NCBI GenBank assembly: GCA_951406725.2
Contig: OX597833.1
Location: forward strand, 49,910,001-49,974,000
DNA length: 64,000 bases
Direction of reading: 5' to 3'
Origin: Octopus vulgaris
Taxonomy: Eukaryota
The notes under the pieces were generated by a model. That model was not told where the DNA came from, did no database searches, and saw nothing but the letters and a program-made list of their open reading frames with translations. The position numbers and the translations under genes were made by a program. Shown one piece after another: positions 56,311 to 64,000 of this stretch; the first letter of the stretch is position 1; each line of letters starts with the position of its first letter.

Positions 56311-56949
56311 ATACACCAATCTGTGTCTAACTCGCATCAGCAGCAGTCACGCACAAACCCTTTTTAAATCGTTATACCCCTTGACTTTCAGCCCTTGTAA
56401 TCAAGAATTCTTTACCCTAAAATATGAGGAATTGTGCTTATATAAGAAATTGGTATTCATGTGAGTAATATTCTAGTTATGCACGTGATCTTAAAGTTCT
56501 CGGGAACTTTAAAATTATCACAAACAATTACAGCCCATCTGTACTGAATCCATCTTCTAAGTTCACGAGAACAATAACAGAACAATACTCGAAGAATCTT
56601 GCATCGGTTTTATTTGACATTACTTACAACAGAATTGGTAAAGTGCAAAGATGCTTTGATATTAATTGTCACCTATGACGTTTTCCGGTTTTAATAAATT
56701 GAGTGTAAGAATTGTTTGATCCTAAAGCTCTCAGATGTATATAATTAAAGGGCAAAGATCTCCAGTAAGTAGTGATATGACTGCAAGGAAAATATTAATT
56801 GTTCGGTTAAGAAATTCAAATTTACCGGCCAACAATTTCTATTGTAACATTTCTCCTTCGAATGCAAATAAACTGTTTTTATTTACAGAGCATAATGAAA
56901 CAACAACAGACATCACGAACACACAACCACACACACACAAACACACACA

Positions 56950-56995
<46 letters not shown>

Positions 56996-57239
56996 CGCAC
57001 ATACTCACACACATTAATATTTGCTTTTATGTCGAGTTCTAATAAAGACACTTGTACAATAAACCAAACCATTAGTCAATACTTTTTGCGTTTGGTACAA
57101 TACATATTTATCATACATTTACGAGATTAGCAGTGACAGGGAATTCGAAGTTGCGGTCAGCTAGTCTTTGGACAGTCTAATTAAATCTTGCATGCCGAAA
57201 CTTCGAAGTCATTGTCACTCACTACTCTTCTTGTAGACA

Positions 57240-57309
<70 letters not shown>

Positions 57310-57531
57310 ATGTGTGTGTATTCTTTTATTTGTTTTAGACATTTGACTGGGGTTCCGCCTTTAGTCGAGCAAATCGACCCCAGGACTTATTCTGCCATAC
57401 TTGCAATCGAACTCTGTAAGACATCGTCTCTCAGCTCTTTTTCATTTTAATGAGGGCAAGAACGGTCTCATGTCATTTTAAATATGTTAAGATGCTTAAA
57501 TCAGTTTACAAGCGAGAAGGATAATGTTATA

Positions 57532-57564
57532 CTGATGATACCTACTAAAACTGAAACGCGCGTC
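57532..57564 (+). ncRNA. Minimal hammerhead core remnant
   Basis: CTGATGA-14 nt-GAA-acgcgcgt (palindrome)-C; stems I and II do not pair convincingly. Confidence 0.4.
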
Positions 57565-58159
57565 CAAGCTGATGATAGTTATTGAAGCGAAATCACATGT
57601 CAAAAGCTGTACTTTGCTTCCAAAAAAACGAGAATTTTCTTTGTAACTAGCAAGCAAATTACTCTTATCAAGCTATTAATTTCTTCAAATATTGGCTGAA
57701 AAACCAAAATGCAAGGAAGTGAGAGTAAAACTTGAACTTCATAAATTTGTGTATGGGTAGCATAGCCTAAATGACTAAGAACTCTTCTGGATATATACTT
57801 AAAACCTGATAGTAAGCTTCTTCTGTTGTGTGTAAGGCAAGAAGTGGCATTGATGGAGTGAAAATTCGCCAGTTCTGTTGTAACACTTGCGCTAGTGCCT
57901 CTCAATCAGTGGCAGAAGTATGGTTGGGTAATGAAAGCATTAATAGCTGTATCGGTCAACAAATTTGCCTGATAGCAACATTAACTGTACAGATATGAAC
58001 GGTGGCAGGAAATTAGAAAGAGAAACTATAGAAAATAACGTAGCGGGTGCCAAAAAAAAAAAAAAAAAAAAATGTCAGCTTTGTAAAACGAAACGTTCAA
58101 TAAATAAATATCACTTTTTAACAGGAGAGTTCCAATTTGTCTTTATGCATACACACTGC

Positions 58160-58238
<79 letters not shown>

Positions 58239-58245
58239 GTGTATA

Positions 58246-58288
<43 letters not shown>

Positions 58289-58299
58289 TTATATATGTG

Positions 58300-58354
<55 letters not shown>

Positions 58355-58767
58355 ATATATACATATATGTATATATACATATATGTATATATACATATAT
58401 ATATATACATACATATATATATATGTATATAAACACATTATTACCCACATAACCACATCCGTACATATACACACACATACGCTCACGCACAAGCACACAT
58501 ACACGGGTATTAATATATTTACCCATACCTATAGAGATGTAGAGGGGATGCTTTTGAGAAAAAAAAGAGAAGAAAATAGGGAGGAAGAGATGAATGCAAT
58601 GATTCACATCATCGAATGAACGAAGCAATTGACTATACGTGTCCATGTTATATTTTAGTGAATGTTTATATAGACATATACACACACGCATACACACATA
58701 CACACACATATACACATATATACATACATGTATATATGTGTATATATGTATATATGTATATATATAA

Positions 58768-58809
<42 letters not shown>

Positions 58810-58810
58810 G

Positions 58811-58842
<32 letters not shown>

Positions 58843-59797
58843 GTTAGATAGATAGATATATAGATAGATAGATAGATAGATATAGCTAGATAGATGGATA
58901 GATAGGGAGATAAAATCCGTACATATATGTATGTGTATGCGTGTATATATATATATATATATATATAAATGTATATATGTATATACATGTATATGCATGC
59001 ACACATACACATATATACGTGTATATGTGTGTGCGTGTGTGTACGTATACATATATACTTAGAGAAAAGAAATAGAGAGAGACAGAGAGAGAGGGTGAAA
59101 GATAGATGCAGTGAGGGGAGCGAAAGTGAGTGTATGAGTGGGTGAGAGAGAGTGTGTGTGAGAGAGTGAGAGAGTGACAAATGCTGTGAATTCTGATACA
59201 ATGAAAACATCAGCGACATCGGCGACCAGAGAGAGAAACGATCGGAACATCAAGCAGAAAGAAAACAGTGACGTAAAATGATAACAAGACGGACTAGAAG
59301 TCGAAGATGGGAATCCAGTGTAATAGACTGGAGGAGCTGAAAATGCTATTTGGGATCGTTATGTCAAAGTCACGTCAGTTGAAAACCAATGATATTGCAA
59401 GAATCTCCTCCAGTACATATTAATGGCGGCTGTTCAATTTTTGATACAGGAAAGACTCGGTTACAGGATGTATGTGGATGCTGCGGTGTGGGAATGGAGG
59501 AGAGTTAGCTAGATTGATAACGGTTATGTATATATATATATATATATGTAGAGGGAGTACTCAAGCATCCGACAATATAACCTTGCCTTTTATATGGAAC
59601 CACATGAAATATGGCTATTGCGCATGACATGCCATATTGATTACATTGGAAAATGAAACACACACACACACACACACACACATGCACATATTTACACATA
59701 GAAACTCACGCATGCACACACAACACACTCATATCCATAGACAGAGTATGTCGTCGTCTGCGTGTGCAGAAAGAAGTGCGCGTGAGTGCATAGGAAC

Positions 59798-59898
<101 letters not shown>

Positions 59899-60094
59899 AT
59901 ATATATTGATAGATAGATAAATAAAATAGTTATGCATATACATATACATAACTGAATATGCATGTAATACATGTATATATGAATATATGTACTGTCAGGG
60001 CGAAAGTTGAAAATAGTGTGCGATTGTACTTGCAATATCTAATATGTATGTATGCATATGCATTCGTATATATACATACACGTATAAATATATG

Positions 60095-60153
<59 letters not shown>

Positions 60154-60202
60154 TTATACATATACTTATGTATACGTATATATACATACATATACTTATG
60201 TA

Positions 60203-60259
<57 letters not shown>

Positions 60260-60303
60260 TTATGTATGCATATATATATATATATATGTATGCAGCACGG
60301 AAT

Positions 60304-60354
60304 TTTGTCAGCGAACAGGTCGCGGTCTCAAAGCGACGAAAATATTCTGACAAA
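60304..60354 (+). ncRNA. Minimal type I hammerhead variant with G3-C8 (family M, element ~60291-60490)
   Basis: tttgtca-GCGAACA-g-gtcgc-loop-gcgac-GAA-aatatt-C-tgacaaa. Stem I 7 bp, stem II 5 bp, palindromic stem III. Confidence 0.6.
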
Positions 60355-60598
60355 TTAAATTTAAATGTAGGAGTGACTCTAACGGTTTTTGTGTGTTTCT
60401 TAAATGGCTTATAAACAACTTCCATGTTGCAATTGTTTTCATTCCAGCACACGATCTCAGATCAGGTCATTTGCTATGCAAGTACATCTGCCATAAGCAC
60501 AAGGCCTTGAAATTTTGGGATAGGTGACAAGTCGAGGATCTAATTTTTTTTTTCATTCGCAAAATATGCATTTTTCAAAAGTAAGTAATAAATCTGAA

Positions 60599-60671
60599 AA
60601 TCGGCTATAATAACTATTTCCTTACTACCCAGAAGTGGCTAAACACAGAGAGGACAATCGGCTATAATAAC
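60599..60671 (-). mobile_element. 41-bp family B SINE tail with 16-bp TSD
   Basis: aatcggctataataac at 60599-60614 and 60656-60671. Confidence 0.8.
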
Positions 60672-60714
60672 GTAGTCTTCCAGCCTCATACACACGTACA
60701 TTCACACAGAAACA

Positions 60715-60890
60715 CTTATTTCCACAAGTTTTTTTTTTATTCTCTCTCTGTTTCCTCGTGTTCCTTTCTGTTAAAGAGCGTAGGCTCGAAACGTGAACAA
60801 CTTTCTCACTTACTCGATCATCAAACTAAAACACCTGCTTGTTGTTTGTGCACCTGTCTCCATCTTTTGTTTTTCTGTGAATTTCAACTG
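60715..60890 (+). mobile_element. Short pLTR-like element with a decayed minimal hammerhead (60768-60795)
   Basis: ctgttaa-a-gagc-gtag-gctc-GAA-acgt; abuts (TA)n; several core mismatches. Confidence 0.45.
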
Positions 60891-61240
60891 TATATATATA
60901 TATATATATACTACATGTTTCCTTCGGTTTCCGTATATCAAATCCACATGCAAGTCTTTGGTAGAGTAGTAGACTATTGGCAAAAGTTCACGCGGTGGAT
61001 CTGAACCCGGAGCACAGTGGTAGAGAAGGAATCTTCTAACTAAACAGCTACACATACAAGCATACGCAAAAAGCCACGTTTCGGCATAAACGTACTTGAG
61101 TTTAGTTAAAACGTGTGTTCGTGACAGTGTTTTTAATTACAGCTAAGGACTTAACTGAAACCTGCAAAGTGTTAGCTCCCTTCAGTATTTCCCATTGATA
61201 ACGCCTAAAGAGCTAGAAACGTGCGGGGTACCTCATAGGA

Positions 61241-61389
61241 GCCAGCTATGGGAAAATATAGTGTTTTTACATTATTTATCAAAAGAGCGAATTCTTTTCC
61301 TCCACGCATACTGCAGCCAGCTATGGGAAAATATAGTGTTTTTATATTATTTATCAAAAGAGCGAATTCTTTCCTCCACGCATACTGCA
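61241..61389. repeat. 75-bp tandem duplication
   Basis: gccagctatgggaaaatatag at 61241 and 61316. Confidence 0.93.
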
Positions 61390-61514
61390 TTGAATTTGAA
61401 GAGGTTGAAATATATCACAGACACAGACAAACTTACACACACACATAGACACACACATGTTCATTTGTGTGTGTATATATGTATATATATATAGATATAG
61501 ATAGATATACACAT

Positions 61515-61650
61515 ATACGACGGACTTATTTCAGTTTCCGTCTACCAAATTCACTCACAAGGCTTTGGTCGGCCCAAAACTATATAGGTGCCACGTAGTG
61601 GGACTGAACCCGGAATCAAGTGGTTGGGAAGCAAGCCTCTTGCCACACAC
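61515..61650 (-). mobile_element. SINE family A head fragment (another at ~60915-61050)
   Basis: ttcagtttccgtctaccaaat...gggactgaacccgga. Confidence 0.8.
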
Positions 61651-61723
61651 CCATTCACACACACACACATATATATGAATATATATATACATATAAATAT
61701 ATATATACACACACATAAATTCA

Positions 61724-61785
<62 letters not shown>

Positions 61786-62051
61786 CATAGATACAAGTAT
61801 ATATATGATTACATATGTATAACTGTGTATGAATACGTTTGTCTGTATGTGTGTGTACCTATGTGTGTGTCGCGTGCGTATGTGCAAAAAAGAAAGGCGC
61901 TCGTGCCTGTGTAAATTAAACGGATATTGAAACTAGAGTCAGATGGTTAAGAAAGGTTGTAAATGTATGTAACCAGAGATGACTGGTGCGATAGGGAGTA
62001 TACATTTATATATATATACATGAATGTGTATATATGTTTATACATACAAAC

Positions 62052-62084
<33 letters not shown>

Positions 62085-62398
62085 TATAAAATATAGTAAT
62101 ATATATGCATACAAACAAGAAAAACGCATGCGCACTCTCACAGGTACATACGTATACACACACACTTATAGATTTACATATATATAGAGAAAGGTATAAG
62201 GTATACCTTATGCAAATAATATGGCTGTATATCATACTATATTCTAATGGTGTAAATATATCACTGTGAGGGAGACTTAGTTACTTTTGATGTTAATTGA
62301 GGGAATATGTCGTGGGTCAGCGAATATTTATGTTAAGCAACGTAACTGGCGTGTGCACATATTGTGTGGCGTATACGTTTAGTATGTGAATAAGTATG

Positions 62399-62442
<44 letters not shown>

Positions 62443-62461
62443 CTTATATGTATATACATAC

Positions 62462-62513
<52 letters not shown>

Positions 62514-62639
62514 GTATATGTATATGCATATATATACGTGTGTGCGTGTAGATAGGTAGATACATAGACAGATATAGATTGGTAGGTAGATATATAGACA
62601 AATTGGTAGATAAGATGACAGACAGACAGACGTACGGAC

Positions 62640-62686
<47 letters not shown>

Positions 62687-62757
62687 CAAATAGACAGACA
62701 GACAGATAGAAAGACAGACAGTCAAATAGATAGACAGACAGATAGATAGACAGACAG

Positions 62758-62900
<143 letters not shown>

Positions 62901-63640
62901 GTGATAGATAAACAGACAGATAGATAGGTAGACAAACAGAAAGACAGACAGAGGGATAGATAGATATAGATATAGATATAGATAGATATAGGTACATATG
63001 TATGTCTATATGTGTGTGTACCTGTATATCTCTGTATGCTTGTATGATACTGTTTTATATCAGTCAATGCCTATATTGTTCTTTGTGTGTATTTGCGAGC
63101 AGATATGTGTGTTTTTATTTTTATCCGTGTGTATGAGTGTGTGTCTGCGCGTGTACGTGCGTGTCTGTGTGTGTGTGTCTCTGAGTGTGTTTGTCTGCAT
63201 ACGCGAGAAGTTGTTCTGTAATTTGATAAGAGTCAATTCTATATTGCATATATAATTTCCTTCAGGTTCAATTTCATGTGTGATATGTCACGGAACTGGA
63301 AGGAGAATGTGCCTAAAATGTGTACGTGCGTATGAAGGGGGCTTACATGTGTGGCTGTGTGCTTCGGTATGTTCGACTATGCGTCTGACTACGTATATCC
63401 ATGTGCATTTTTTACAGTACATACGATTTGGATATTCGCGTGTCGTTATCGAAGCTTCAATTTCAGGTATCTTTTAATTTCAGATACACTTTTATATATA
63501 TCCGCATAAAAGATTATTATCATTTCTATTGATAACATGCTATCCAAAAGATAGCGTTTTAGCGTGTATATACCGTTTACTTGTGTAGAATAGGCGTTAG
63601 AACCACTTGACTAATATTACAAACCTAAATTGAATTTATG

Positions 63641-63716
<76 letters not shown>

Positions 63717-63765
63717 AACACACACATTAATTGGGCTATCTACTATCTATCTATCTGTCTATCTA

Positions 63766-63985
63766 TCTAACGTCATTTACTGTATCTCCTGTTCTTTCTG
63801 CCCTTCCCTGTATATCGGTCAAACGAGACGCCGCTTCCCTGACCGGTTTGCTGAGCACCTCCGGACATCTGATTTGGCAATAACACTCCGGTCTCGCGCC
63901 ATTTCCGCTCTACCGGTCATTCACAACAACATCTGTCTGTGTTCGGACTGTCCTTGCAATGGGCCATCCGGACTCCTGCCTTCAC
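63766..63985 (+). pseudogene. Penelope-like element GIY-YIG endonuclease fragment
   Basis: SNVIYCISCSFCPSLYIGQTRRRFPDRFAEHLR, a frameshift and stop, then TPVSRHFRSTGH. VIY/CxxC/YIG plus R..EH and HF..H signature; embedded between microsatellites. Confidence 0.88.
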
Positions 63986-64000
63986 ACACTCACACACACA

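Noticed and set aside
61190-61230. ttgataa...gaaacgt possible U3-A8 hammerhead
   Set aside because: Stem II register is poor, the cleavage position is G, and there is only one copy.

Overview
AT-rich, microsatellite-dense eukaryotic DNA. The SINE families and (TA)n/(CA)n/(TCTA)n/(AAT)n load suggest an Octopus (cephalopod) genome, which is my inference. I found no intact host gene, and nearly all ORF-track entries are translated microsatellites. The window is a repeat mosaic: at least four tRNA-derived SINE families (labelled A-D here), mariner remnants and MITEs, non-autonomous Helitrons, 3' fragments of RTE, Tx1/L1 and R4/Dong LINEs, a Penelope-type GIY-YIG endonuclease fragment, a 37-bp satellite and a 213-bp array spanning an RTE insertion junction. 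The most interesting signal is RNA structure. Short (~180-230 bp) elements in or beside (TA)n tracts carry hammerhead-ribozyme cores in unusual forms. Four copies from two unrelated families have the three strands in a non-circularly permuted order, with compensatory changes in stem I. Two copies of a minimal type I hammerhead have the C3-G8 pair apparently swapped to G3-C8. All structures were folded by eye and ribozyme activity is untested.
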